Virus record (IMG/VR): IMGVR_UViG_3300042934_000980
Span: 62,001-126,000 of that record
Reading direction: 5' to 3' (one strand)
DNA: 64,000 nt
Position 1 is the stretch's first letter, and the number at the start of each line of letters is the position of its first letter. Both the position numbers and the translations under genes were made by a program. Under the pieces are notes generated by a model. That model searched no databases and was not told where the DNA came from. It saw only the letters and a program-made list of their open reading frames with translations. Positions 37,301 through 46,355 of this stretch are shown in pieces.

Positions 37301-37599
37301 TAGTAGTTCTTAATCCCCTGTTGACGGAAGACCTCGGCAGTGCGCAGAAAACTGGTATTACCGGTCTTAAGGTCCGGGGCTGCCTTGTAGTTGTAAAAGT
37401 CTTTGAGAAAGCGCACAGTCTTGATGCTGTGCAAACTGTCCTCGTTAAAGTGCGCCAGCAACAGTTCGTCTTCGGTGCGAGTGTCGGAATCAATCCGTAA
37501 CCGCTTATCGTCCATCAACGTTCTGGGTAGATTCTGGGCACCCAAGTAGTTCACCAACTTCTTGGCAAACTCAAGCTTTGCGTCAATCACTTCACCCAT
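34321..37599 (-). CDS. terL: Terminase large subunit (phiKZ gp25-like), intein-containing
   Basis: Walker A MPRQQGK|T, GRGLT, Walker B YDEP, ITTP, RNase H-like IGVDTS, VIERN, HDDLVISW; start MGEVID with SD AAGGGG. Confidence 0.93.
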   Translation of the reverse strand: MGEVIDAKLEFAKKLVNYLGAQNLPRTLMDDKRLRIDSDTRTEDELLLAHFNEDSLHSIKTVRFLKDFYNYKAAPDLKTGNTSFLRTAEVFRQQGIKNYYFLLQLNNRMLQGVDPHADDLTNEQKLMIAEECRTNFWYFLREVCMLKPDQSFMANRGNISFIWNYLNHITTYMIMPRQQGKMQPNRSLVRVKCEKSGNLVFKDVWKKIGEVRTGDVLIAPNGKTSTVIGVHPQGKLRMYTLTFSDGRTTEAGAEHLWTLKDYSRGTSSRRGITDDYTTADLITGLAQGHAYEAPLIKAEKGREQKFTLDPYLFGWMVNAGLVEGNLQGRSLSKEQDAYLEEVLPQTLMTSKDKKLRTVKRRDGNAFNFDLSVGLPQHYLEGALEDRLKLVQAFFDEGLKIGKTLTLKAPNELIANQLAYVIRGLGGTARPIRDTLTVTLPKELAYFRFRKDKQPEVDNRLWLESIAFSGDDEATCIEVDSQDHLYITDDFIVTHNTVSVQVINFWLTYINGRGYKSHLITLKNDNRAQFIDAVKKIRTCMPSYLVNPTWRDKDSGNYLTYKAFGEEYTNSLNINVPQMGRDAAGDLGRGLTVETTTYDEPAYISFIEEIINGCAPSALTAMANARIQGKPYGISFITTPNTTLHPSGKFMFEKLMNSTEWREKFFDSFSESHLKERLLRASPKETTAPSVAMVYNYMQLGKDKDWVKETIDSLNLSLSKAKIDLLLMWVEDGENRLFDDVTREAINNCKNQVVWSKEYVSSGLFMDFFVTQQQLIEMGRKDYNDYFLIGVDTSSAINKDACTIIIRSMKTGKVVGVGRYPLAFLDDVTSIIVDLLGVLNNSLLVIERNYAHHMIDNLLIMLPAKGMDPFTRIYNQIYQDTVSHEKEFKEVQNTKFAYRQKNFYLKFKQYFGFNTTSRSRETLYGLIQEAVANTGYGINYDKLADELINLRTKGGRIDHDTKMHDDLVISWLLTYWFIKLGMNKSLYGISAGIALTDTKNIMNQANGRQQAELEPHVAQFLNKVKARAQQLTEELLQTNDNLLAVRLEAEIRKLTRVLPPEAARFMTIDVLLEEAKIERNKRMLIARNNALAA
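36115..37056 (-). mobile_element. Class 3 intein (314 aa) in the terminase P-loop, with a degenerate LAGLIDADG domain
   Basis: Starts MQPNRS; block B AGAEHLW; block F EATCIEV; ends IVTHN|T. Confidence 0.92.
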
Positions 37600-37694
37600 G
37601 AGTGAACCCCTTGCGTTAAAAATATCCAAATGCAAAAAATAAAGGGTAGGCACAGCCTGAGGTTTCCCCCAGGCTGCTTTTCGCTACCGAACCG

Positions 37695-38417
37695 TTACCG
37701 GTCTGGGTTGTTACGGATGCCATCGGTGTTGTTCACCGCATCGGCTTCCACTTGATCAACAGAGCCGTTGGTCGCGGTGGAGCCTTCGCCGGCTTCCGGC
37801 GCGGTAGGTTTGCCATGGGCTTCGAGGATCGCGTTGCGGTCTTCTGGGCGCACGGCGTAGTTACGGGTCACAGGATCAACATCCTGATTACCGGCACTGT
37901 CTACCAGCGGGTTCAACGTGTCGGACTTGGCCAAACGTTCTTTGACATCGTCCGGCACCGGGCGACCTTCGCGTTCACAACGAATGCGAGTGTCGCCGTC
38001 ACGGATGGCTTGTTGCAGGCGGTACTGAGCATCAGACCCGGTTTCGAGCATGGTGGCTTGGCCCGCATGCTCAGGATGCTGCCAGTCCCCGTTACGGTTC
38101 TGCAGATGGCCATCCTGGGTCTTACCGTGGTGAGCATCTTTATCGAGCTCGCCCGGATTCATCGGAGCATGAGTGCGGACCTCGCCACGTTTCTGGTCAG
38201 AGACCAGATCGGTGTTGCTGTCGTTGTCATGCTCGCCAGCCGGTTCCCCGACAGGTTGATGTCCAGCAGGCTGACTGCGACCCAGTTCACGGTCCTGTTG
38301 ACGAGGATCCTGATCTTGGCCACCGTTTTTCAGGGTGTCGGTCTTGTTGCTAACAACCGGGTCACCCTTGTCGCCTGCACGTTTGGCGGTTTCGGTACTT
38401 TTGCTTTTGCTGCCCAT
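37695..38417 (-). CDS. Hydrophilic, largely disordered hypothetical protein
   Basis: 240 aa, D/G/Q/N-rich; SD GAGG; downstream terminator at ~37653-37676. Confidence 0.6.
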   Translation of the reverse strand: MGSKSKSTETAKRAGDKGDPVVSNKTDTLKNGGQDQDPRQQDRELGRSQPAGHQPVGEPAGEHDNDSNTDLVSDQKRGEVRTHAPMNPGELDKDAHHGKTQDGHLQNRNGDWQHPEHAGQATMLETGSDAQYRLQQAIRDGDTRIRCEREGRPVPDDVKERLAKSDTLNPLVDSAGNQDVDPVTRNYAVRPEDRNAILEAHGKPTAPEAGEGSTATNGSVDQVEADAVNNTDGIRNNPDR

Positions 38418-38481
38418 AATTCAACCTCTTTCTGGTTGGAACGCTTTAAGCCTTACGCCGTAGGGCGAAAGACACCACCAT

Positions 38482-38820
38482 TTACTGGTCTTGCTTTTGC
38501 TGACCTTCACCGCGGTATTCAGTCTGTTCTCTGAACTCGCGAAGAGTGTTGCTGGCATTGCTGCCAGAACGTTGTTCTTCCGACTGCTCGCCGTCTTGCG
38601 CTTGCTCGTCACCGCCTTCTTGACTTTCGTCGGGCTGGTCGGTGGCTTTCAGGCGCTCGGTGGTGGCCAGCGTCAGGTCGTCGTAGATGTTCTTCTCGGT
38701 GGACTGGCCATTTTGAAGAACGATCTCTTCTTTCACTTCGTTCGTTTTCGAATCGAAGATCTTGACAACAACTTCCTTGTCGTCGGAACAATGTGCAGCT
38801 ACCTTTACTACAGAAGTCAT
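38482..38820 (-). CDS. Small beta-rich protein with an acidic/Q-rich tail
   Basis: MTSVVKVAAHC...LQNGQSTEKNIYDD; SD AGGAG. Confidence 0.65.
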   Translation of the reverse strand: MTSVVKVAAHCSDDKEVVVKIFDSKTNEVKEEIVLQNGQSTEKNIYDDLTLATTERLKATDQPDESQEGGDEQAQDGEQSEEQRSGSNASNTLREFREQTEYRGEGQQKQDQ

Positions 38821-38848
38821 GGTGTTCTCCTAGTTTAAGGGCATAGCA

Positions 38849-40576
38849 TTAAACAGGCTCAACGACAACGCCGGTCAGACCCAATTGCAGTTCTGCTCCG
38901 CTGCTGTCACGATTCACCCAACTGATGAACCAGGTCTTCCCTTTCTGCAACTCAATGCCGATCAGGTTATCCGTGTTCCAGTTGGCCAACGGGAAGCGCC
39001 ATTTCTGACCCGCTTCATTCATGAAGTCGAAGTGGGTTGGGTCAGGCGCCTTGTCCTCGTTGCGTGGGTCGTACGCAGGCGAGATCGCACGGTACAAGTC
39101 TTTGAGCCAGTCCACTTGATCGCGCTGGCCGTTACCGCTGGCCAGGTTGAAGGTGGTCTTGGAACCACTGTTCTTGACGTTGACCACTTTGCCGCCAAAG
39201 TACGGCATGTCTTGCGAGTAGCTCACCTCCCAACGCTTGCCCGGGCCGTTCACGTCTTTGTACAGAGTGATGCCGGTGTGCTGGATGAAGATCACGCTCT
39301 CGTAAGTGGGCGCAACGTCTCTGAGGTTCAGGTTGAAGATCATCGATTGGGCCACACCGTAAGAACGCGGACGGTAGGCTGGGCTCTTGTCATTCAACGT
39401 AACGAACTCGGTAACGTCGATCCGCGTTTTGCGGTCAAGGTCGAACAGGTAGTGCTTGAGGATGTAACCACCAGTTTCCGCATCCCACTGCGGGTAGGTG
39501 TAAATCTTGGGCGTGTACGCCCCGATAGGATCACCGGCTTGCAGGTAATACAAGCGGCTTTCATGGTCGGGGCTGCCTGGCTTGGCAATCTGGTGCTGCT
39601 CATCAGCGTCAAGTTTGTAAGTCAGGCTCAACTCACTCACTTGCCCAGGCCAGGTCGGGCGGTAAGCACCCAACCCGTACAGGTTGAACTTGGTGCCGTT
39701 TACCGGCATGGGTTCCGACTGACTGCCGTCACTGTAATGAACAATAGCACGCAGCTCTACCGACAGCAACTCGACGTTGATCGGGACGATCATCCGGTTC
39801 GGGTCGGTGGTGTTGGTAAACCACGGCGACAGCAGTTCGATCCCGGTAACATACTTGATCCCGATCTCGTGGTCACGCATGTACGCACAGTGTTGGACCA
39901 TCAACGGTTGAGCCGGTGGGATGAAGTTACCCCCCTCATCGTAGAACACCAGCCAGCAACGAGTGCCGTCAATAAGGCTTTGCTCATTTTCAGTGACGCT
40001 GAAAGTACCGGTGGTCATGATCGACAGGTTGGTGCGATCGACGATCTCGGCCAACTTGCACGGCACTTTGTTGTTGAGCAGGTTCAGGCTCTTGTCGTAC
40101 TGAGCGCTGATGATCTTGCCGTTCTCGCTGGCATCGTTGCCCAGAAAGACGTAGGCGTACGCAGCCCCTGGACGCATGATGGTGGAATCGCAGCGCGCCA
40201 CGTTAGGACGCACACTGTAATCCACGCTCAGCAACGCTTCACCCAGCAGAGGACCACCACGCAGGCCAAAGATCCAGTCCTGCTCGCTGGTGTTGCCTTC
40301 GTCGATGTTGGTGATGCGCCACGGTAGCAGGGTCGACTTAAGTGTTGCCTGCCAGTCCACCTTGTCCACGATGTAGATCACCCCATTAGGTGGGTCGAAC
40401 ACCAACTCCCCTTCCTGAGGCACCACGTACTTGTTGAGGTCATCCACCGGGTGCTTGTCCGGGTCGTAGATGTTGTGGATGTAGTGGAAGTTCTTACGTT
40501 CCCCCGTGTTCAGGACACTGGCGGCCACAGCCGCCACTGCACCTGTTGCGGTGGAATTGGGTTTACTATCGAACAT
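38849..40576 (-). CDS. Virion structural protein (phiKZ gp26-like, baseplate-associated)
   Basis: 575 aa, beta-rich, between terL and the gp27-like gene; synteny. Confidence 0.7.
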   Translation of the reverse strand: MFDSKPNSTATGAVAAVAASVLNTGERKNFHYIHNIYDPDKHPVDDLNKYVVPQEGELVFDPPNGVIYIVDKVDWQATLKSTLLPWRITNIDEGNTSEQDWIFGLRGGPLLGEALLSVDYSVRPNVARCDSTIMRPGAAYAYVFLGNDASENGKIISAQYDKSLNLLNNKVPCKLAEIVDRTNLSIMTTGTFSVTENEQSLIDGTRCWLVFYDEGGNFIPPAQPLMVQHCAYMRDHEIGIKYVTGIELLSPWFTNTTDPNRMIVPINVELLSVELRAIVHYSDGSQSEPMPVNGTKFNLYGLGAYRPTWPGQVSELSLTYKLDADEQHQIAKPGSPDHESRLYYLQAGDPIGAYTPKIYTYPQWDAETGGYILKHYLFDLDRKTRIDVTEFVTLNDKSPAYRPRSYGVAQSMIFNLNLRDVAPTYESVIFIQHTGITLYKDVNGPGKRWEVSYSQDMPYFGGKVVNVKNSGSKTTFNLASGNGQRDQVDWLKDLYRAISPAYDPRNEDKAPDPTHFDFMNEAGQKWRFPLANWNTDNLIGIELQKGKTWFISWVNRDSSGAELQLGLTGVVVEPV

Positions 40577-43184
40577 TATCGTTCACCTCGTAATGGCCTT
40601 CAATAACGCAAACTGACTGGAGGTAGCTGTCGTTCACCTGCTTGATGAACAAAAGCTCGTTGGAGGTCATCGTGAGTTTACCGACATTGGCAAACGGCAT
40701 GATGGCAAAGTAGCGACGGTCATACCCCAGCTGCACAGGGTCGTATTCCAGCCACCAGAGGTAGGGCTTTACCAGATCGCGGATGGCCTGCTCAGTGAAC
40801 ACCGAACTGTCTTCAGCCAGCTCAGGCAATTCAATAAAGCGGTTGATCAAGCCGTTGGTGATCACGTTCAAGAACGGGCTGTAAAGCCGGTACTTGTCTT
40901 GCAGGGTGGGCAACACCTTAGGTGGGGCGTTGGGTTTCTCCAGCCACTCGGTCAAGTAGTCACTGACCCGTTGATCCACATCCCGTGAACGTTGGTACAG
41001 GGGATAAGTGGCGTACGGTTCGATAAACTTCACCGGGGCGTAGACGTGCTTGACCATGTAGGGCTTGCCGTTGAGGCTTGCCGCCAGATCAGCACCTGAC
41101 CGTGTTTCGGCATTTGGAACCTCGTCGGTGAGGTAGAGGGCTCCATTGATAACCGTGCGAGTAACTCGATCATCGCGCAGGTTATACCGATCAAAGTTAC
41201 CGATAACCCCACCTTGCACAAACCCCAACTCGGTTTCAAACTTAGGCGTGTCTTGGTCATTGTGAAACCCATGCGCCCGTACCGTGATGGTTTGCGGACC
41301 GTCCACGATAAATTCCTTGTTGTGGATGTAGATGTACTTGTCCTTGTACATCCAGTCAACGAAGTCCACCAGTGGGTGACGGTTCAGCCACACGTCCACC
41401 TGAGCAAAGCTGATCGGGAAGATCAACCCACCGTCCTCGTAGATCACCGTCAGCGCAAACGCCAAGCTGTGGTCCATGTGGTCCAGTTCAAAGGTGTAAC
41501 TCAGGCTGGCCGAGTTAAACAACAGCACCCCGCGTTCGTTGACCTGGTCCAATGCCTTCCACTTGATCACCCCATCGATGACTTCGTAGAACCGGTCGTT
41601 ACCGGTGATGTCCGTCAGCTCCCCCACCACCGTCTGCAGATCGACGTTGTACGCACTCTTGTAGACCCGGAAGTCCACCTCAGGGTCCAAGGTGACGTCT
41701 TGGTTGGTGATGAGGTAGTCCACCTGCCGACCGGTTTGGCCAAAGGTAAATTCCACCATCACACAGCCTGAGTACTTGGGTGCGTAGTAACGTACGTTCT
41801 TCTGGTTCATCGACCCGAGCAGCAAACCTTCGGCGTCGTACTCCCAAGCGGTAAAGCTTTTGCGGTAGGTCGGTGGAACTTCAAAACCCCGAGTCCCCTG
41901 TTCGCTGAAGCTGACCCGTACCGGGGTTTCACTCACCACCCGCGTGGCTGCATTGTACCCCAGTGCGAGCGATGCGTTCTCACGTTTAACCGCCGGGTAC
42001 TGCGCCCGAGTCAACGCCATCACCGTACCACTTTCCAAGCCGTCAGCCGTCCACTCAGGTACCGTAGCCCGTTCACCGGTCATGGCCTTGACAATCCCCA
42101 CGTCATCCAAGCGGTACAGGTAACGGATGCGCTGGTGTTCGTGCGGCCACTGATGGTGCCAGTCGGTTTCACGCACCAACACCACCACCTTGACCTGAGA
42201 CAGGTCCTTAAGGTCTGCATGGAACTCACTGGCCCCTTGGATGGCATCGTCGGCCACTGCCACATCAGCATGGGTCAGCTGACGCACCGTGGTATTGCTG
42301 TTACGGTGCAGGTACAAGCCTTTACCTTTCGGACCGACCAGGTAGTAGTCATTGTCGTCAAAGTACCGGAAGGTGAAGTCGCCGTCCACTTTGGGTGGGT
42401 GCAGGATCAGCTTGCGCTTTTTGTCCAGGCTTGAGTAGTAATCGCGCAGCGTGTTGTACGCGTAACGCTCTACCCGAATGACCGTGGGGTCGTGCCAGAC
42501 CTCAACCGTGTCACCGACCACCAAGTTGGTCAAGGTGTTGGGAGCGCCGTCATGAAACACCCCGTTATGGAAACACCCGGTGTAACCAGGCAGCGCCTTG
42601 AACTTGCTGTACAGCGAAGTGAAGGCTGCCAGTTCTGAGGCGTTCTCATACGTCATGGTCTGGTAGTTGTAAGGGTTATGCGAGTTGTCCAGCGCACTAT
42701 CCCCGTAATCCACCCCCACGCTTGCTTGGTAGCAGCGAAAGAACATGTCGTCTTTGCTGGGGATCTTGTAACTGCCCAGCTTTTGCAACGCGATCAACAC
42801 CAAGCCGTCGTAGGTGACCATCGCCCACGCATGCGCCCGGCTGTACTGGAACCCACGGGTGTTGTAGATGTCCAGTTGCACACCACGCACTTTAAGCAAG
42901 GCTGCCACATTCACCCAACGGTCCAGCGGGTTGCGATTGAGCACCGCGTTCTTGATGTTCCAGTAGCCTGGGTGCAGACCGCCAACACTGAACACATGGT
43001 AAAACGTGTCACGCTTGGGCAGAGTGCGCCATTTACCCATGTAACTCCAGTTCAGCGTCACCCCGTACTCGTCCGAGATACGAACCAGTTTCACCTGGTG
43101 CTGGTGGTTCTCTTCAGGGTTGCCCCAGAGGTTGTCTTCCACGTACCGAACAACCGGGTTATTACTGTCGTAAACGGTCGTCAT
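40566..43184 (-). CDS. Virion structural protein (phiKZ gp27-like)
   Basis: 872 aa; NLWGNPEE, LILHPPK and RYFDDND motifs; synteny. Confidence 0.7.
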   Translation of the reverse strand: MTTVYDSNNPVVRYVEDNLWGNPEENHQHQVKLVRISDEYGVTLNWSYMGKWRTLPKRDTFYHVFSVGGLHPGYWNIKNAVLNRNPLDRWVNVAALLKVRGVQLDIYNTRGFQYSRAHAWAMVTYDGLVLIALQKLGSYKIPSKDDMFFRCYQASVGVDYGDSALDNSHNPYNYQTMTYENASELAAFTSLYSKFKALPGYTGCFHNGVFHDGAPNTLTNLVVGDTVEVWHDPTVIRVERYAYNTLRDYYSSLDKKRKLILHPPKVDGDFTFRYFDDNDYYLVGPKGKGLYLHRNSNTTVRQLTHADVAVADDAIQGASEFHADLKDLSQVKVVVLVRETDWHHQWPHEHQRIRYLYRLDDVGIVKAMTGERATVPEWTADGLESGTVMALTRAQYPAVKRENASLALGYNAATRVVSETPVRVSFSEQGTRGFEVPPTYRKSFTAWEYDAEGLLLGSMNQKNVRYYAPKYSGCVMVEFTFGQTGRQVDYLITNQDVTLDPEVDFRVYKSAYNVDLQTVVGELTDITGNDRFYEVIDGVIKWKALDQVNERGVLLFNSASLSYTFELDHMDHSLAFALTVIYEDGGLIFPISFAQVDVWLNRHPLVDFVDWMYKDKYIYIHNKEFIVDGPQTITVRAHGFHNDQDTPKFETELGFVQGGVIGNFDRYNLRDDRVTRTVINGALYLTDEVPNAETRSGADLAASLNGKPYMVKHVYAPVKFIEPYATYPLYQRSRDVDQRVSDYLTEWLEKPNAPPKVLPTLQDKYRLYSPFLNVITNGLINRFIELPELAEDSSVFTEQAIRDLVKPYLWWLEYDPVQLGYDRRYFAIMPFANVGKLTMTSNELLFIKQVNDSYLQSVCVIEGHYEVNDNVR

Positions 43185-43195
43185 AGTCCACCCAC

Positions 43196-44071
43196 TTAAG
43201 TCAGGTCGTAGGTGTAGTCGATGTTCTTGGTGAACGACTCCAACACACCCTTGTTGTATTTGGGATCCAGCGAAATGCCCAGCTGGGTTTTACCGTACAC
43301 TTTAAAGCGGGTCACGCCATACACCAACGCGGTGAACAGGCACGGCGCTTCAGAGGCGGCTGCAATGACCTTGTTGCCCATCGAGGCAAAGCTGATCCCG
43401 CCCACGACGCTGATGAAGTCTTTAAGGCTCAGCGTCTTAAGCTTGTACAGGATCGGGTTGGCATGAATACCCGCCAACAAGTCAGGGAGCATCGGCATAC
43501 GCGGCAGGTCTTCGATCACCCCCAGGATGTAATCCTTCTCGGTGCCAAAGATGCTGCGGATCACGTTGATGCCGATGAAGGTCACATCTTCGGTGGGGTT
43601 TTCTTGCAGCGAAAGAAAGTAGTAGGCCAGCAGCACCTTAAGGGTCAAGGCCTCGTTAAGGTCCAGCCCTGCACCACGAATCAACCGTGCCGAAACCGCT
43701 TCAGAGAACGCCTTGGTGGCAAGCAGCCGGCTGTTTTTCAAAGGGGTCATGTAGTTCTCGGCAACGTCCTGTTGCAAGAAGGCTGCTAGACGCGCAATCG
43801 TGATCTCGTTGGAGTGCACAATGGCGTTATTTTTGTTACGGTACGGGCGCTCATCGTAGACCGTAATCATCTGGCGATTGAGTGCTTGCAAAGTTATGGG
43901 GAAGGCAAAGATAGGAATCGGTAGATCCGTCTCATTGGTGACGGTGAAAACATTCGACTTTTTGGTCGGTGTGAGGTTGCGGGTCAAGTGCAAAGTCTTG
44001 ATCGTATTCTCAACCCGATCCGTTGCTTTATATTGCTGCCCGACCGTTGTGTCATAAGCATTAGTCAGCAT
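43196..44071 (-). CDS. Virion structural protein (phiKZ gp28-like)
   Basis: MLTNAYDTT start with SD GAGG; IPIFAFP, VYDERPY and EAPCLF motifs; divergent from the sheath gene. Confidence 0.7.
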   Translation of the reverse strand: MLTNAYDTTVGQQYKATDRVENTIKTLHLTRNLTPTKKSNVFTVTNETDLPIPIFAFPITLQALNRQMITVYDERPYRNKNNAIVHSNEITIARLAAFLQQDVAENYMTPLKNSRLLATKAFSEAVSARLIRGAGLDLNEALTLKVLLAYYFLSLQENPTEDVTFIGINVIRSIFGTEKDYILGVIEDLPRMPMLPDLLAGIHANPILYKLKTLSLKDFISVVGGISFASMGNKVIAAASEAPCLFTALVYGVTRFKVYGKTQLGISLDPKYNKGVLESFTKNIDYTYDLT

Positions 44072-44176
44072 CGTGTGGGTCCTCAAAATAACATGTTATG
44101 TGCCAGATGTATATGACACTGTACGGCCCTAATTTGGGTTGCATACGATTGCTCCAGGCCACTTACGAGGTTTTCC

Positions 44177-46342
44177 ATGACCATCTTCAACCAGATTGTA
44201 CCTGGGAAAGTTAACAACCGGGGGATCAACGACAAGTCGATCCCCGAGTACACGGTTAACTACCCTGTTTACCCGCTCCACCTCCCGGTGGTCTCGCTCG
44301 TCACTGCCAAGGGCGAAATTGCCGGCGAGAAAGGCACCCAGTTCATCAACCTTGCCAACTTCGATCAGATCTTCGGCAAGGTGAATGACCACAAGACGCC
44401 GTACTACAACCCCATCGCACTGCTGATTCAACAGCTGGGTCTGGGTGGTCAGTCGGTGATCGGTGTGCGTCGTCTGAGCGCCAACACCGCCATGTCCCGT
44501 GTGGCTCTGTCTGCCTTCGTGCAGAAAGTCACCGTCCAAGACTTCGAACGCGACCTGTCGGGCGCCTTCAAGCGTGACGAGAACGGCGACAAGATCGCAA
44601 CCGGTACCACGTTCGAAGGTATCAAGATTTCTGTCAAGCCTGACCCAGAAGCTGCAAAAGGTCAGTATGGCAAACTCGCCAATCGCGTTATCCCAGGCAC
44701 TCCTGCCCAAGGTGACACCCCCGCCGTGCCTGAAATCCAGGTGTTCCCTCTGGTAGAATACGCAGCCGGTATCGGCGACGCGTACAACGCCAGCGGTCTG
44801 AACATGGGTGTGACCAACTCGGCGCTGAACTGGAAGTCGGTTTCGTCTTTCGTCAAGGCGACCGGTGTGTTCCCGTACGAGCTCAAGATGTTCACCGACA
44901 GCGACGCTGGCGTGCGCACCTACAGCAAGACCACCGAAAAGCGCGAAAGCGCGCAGTTCACCTTCTTCCCAACTGAACTGAATGGCACTCAGTACAGCGT
45001 GAAGCGTGGCGTGGGCCTGTTCACCAACACCAACCAGAACCGCAAAGTGGTGCCAACCCCTTCGCCGTTCAAAGAAGCGTACGTCTACGATACCAACATC
45101 GACACCATCTGCCAGCTGATGTACGTCGTGGAGAAAGACCACAACGACACACTGGTTGAAGTGAGCGATCGTCCGTACCAGCAGATGAACTTCCTGACCT
45201 GCACCAACCACCTGGGCGCGCCGTACTACGCCGTGGTCGGCGACGACACCCCGCTGTGGGACCTGTCGGGTTCGGTGAAGTCTTCGGGCGGTATCAACCC
45301 GTTCTACAACGACAAGGGCGAACTGCCTGACTACGTGACCAAGCCGGAGATCAAAGATCCGTTCGGTTTGCTCGAAGGCGTCAAGCAACCGCTGTCGTCC
45401 ACCCAGGCCTGGGAAATCACCAACAAACTGTTGGCTGCCGACCTCAAGACCTACGTGAACGGCTCGGAGATCAAGAACTACACCCGCAACCGCCAGTCGG
45501 TCATGTGGGACGTAGGCTTCAGCAAAGAAGTCAAAGACATCGCGGTTCAGCTGCTCGCCAGCCGTCGTGACATCTTCGTCTTCCAGGACGCCACCGTCTG
45601 GGACCCAACCCTGGGCAACGACCTGGGCACTGTGTACTCGCGCTTCTCGTCGCTTGCGGCCGCAGCTCGGATGTACCCAGAGTCTGAGCAGTGGGGCACG
45701 GCAACCTGCCGTTCGGCGATCAACCTGATCGAAGCGAAACTGACCAACGAGCTGACCGGTAGCTACTTCTCCGGTAACCTCGACCTGGCCTACGCCTTCG
45801 CCGCCTTCGCGGGCAACAGCGCCGGCATCATCGTTCCAGCAGCTTCGCCGGACCACGGTGATAACCGTATCCTGCGCACCATGCACTCTCCGAACATCGA
45901 GTTCGAAGAAGACGAGATCGCCAACGACAACTTCGAGAACGGCGGCATCACGCTGCGTCCGTACGACGTCGAACAGCTGTTCCGTCCAGCCCTGATCACC
46001 GTTTACAACAACGATGATTCGGTCCTCAAAGACGCAGTCACTGCGTTCCTGTGCGTGTGCATCGAGAAGATCGTGCAAGACGAGTGGAACACTGTGTGCG
46101 GCGACACCAGCTACAGTGCGGCCAACTACGCAGCGCTGGTCAAAGACGGTGCCGAGCGTAAGCTGCGTGACCGCCTTGGCGGGCTGGTACCACAGATGAC
46201 CGTGGAGACGTCTTACGACGAAACCCGTCCAGGTGGTCGTGCGATCCTCAACACCGTCGTGAACGCTTACTTCAACAAGGGTAAGTACATGATGAACATG
46301 GACTTGTACGCTTACAACGAACAAGACCTGGCCACAGCCTAA
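44177..46342 (+). CDS. Major tail sheath protein (phiKZ gp29-like)
   Basis: 721 aa; GINDKS, PLHLP and WDVGFS...RRDI motifs; high-expression codon bias. Confidence 0.85.
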   Translation: MTIFNQIVPGKVNNRGINDKSIPEYTVNYPVYPLHLPVVSLVTAKGEIAGEKGTQFINLANFDQIFGKVNDHKTPYYNPIALLIQQLGLGGQSVIGVRRLSANTAMSRVALSAFVQKVTVQDFERDLSGAFKRDENGDKIATGTTFEGIKISVKPDPEAAKGQYGKLANRVIPGTPAQGDTPAVPEIQVFPLVEYAAGIGDAYNASGLNMGVTNSALNWKSVSSFVKATGVFPYELKMFTDSDAGVRTYSKTTEKRESAQFTFFPTELNGTQYSVKRGVGLFTNTNQNRKVVPTPSPFKEAYVYDTNIDTICQLMYVVEKDHNDTLVEVSDRPYQQMNFLTCTNHLGAPYYAVVGDDTPLWDLSGSVKSSGGINPFYNDKGELPDYVTKPEIKDPFGLLEGVKQPLSSTQAWEITNKLLAADLKTYVNGSEIKNYTRNRQSVMWDVGFSKEVKDIAVQLLASRRDIFVFQDATVWDPTLGNDLGTVYSRFSSLAAAARMYPESEQWGTATCRSAINLIEAKLTNELTGSYFSGNLDLAYAFAAFAGNSAGIIVPAASPDHGDNRILRTMHSPNIEFEEDEIANDNFENGGITLRPYDVEQLFRPALITVYNNDDSVLKDAVTAFLCVCIEKIVQDEWNTVCGDTSYSAANYAALVKDGAERKLRDRLGGLVPQMTVETSYDETRPGGRAILNTVVNAYFNKGKYMMNMDLYAYNEQDLATA

Positions 46343-46355
46343 GGGGTAAAGCAAC

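Noticed and set aside
37913-38612. Alternative-frame ORFs in the disordered genes (37913-38137, 38421-38612)
   Set aside because: Weak or absent SD and S/T/R-rich shadow composition
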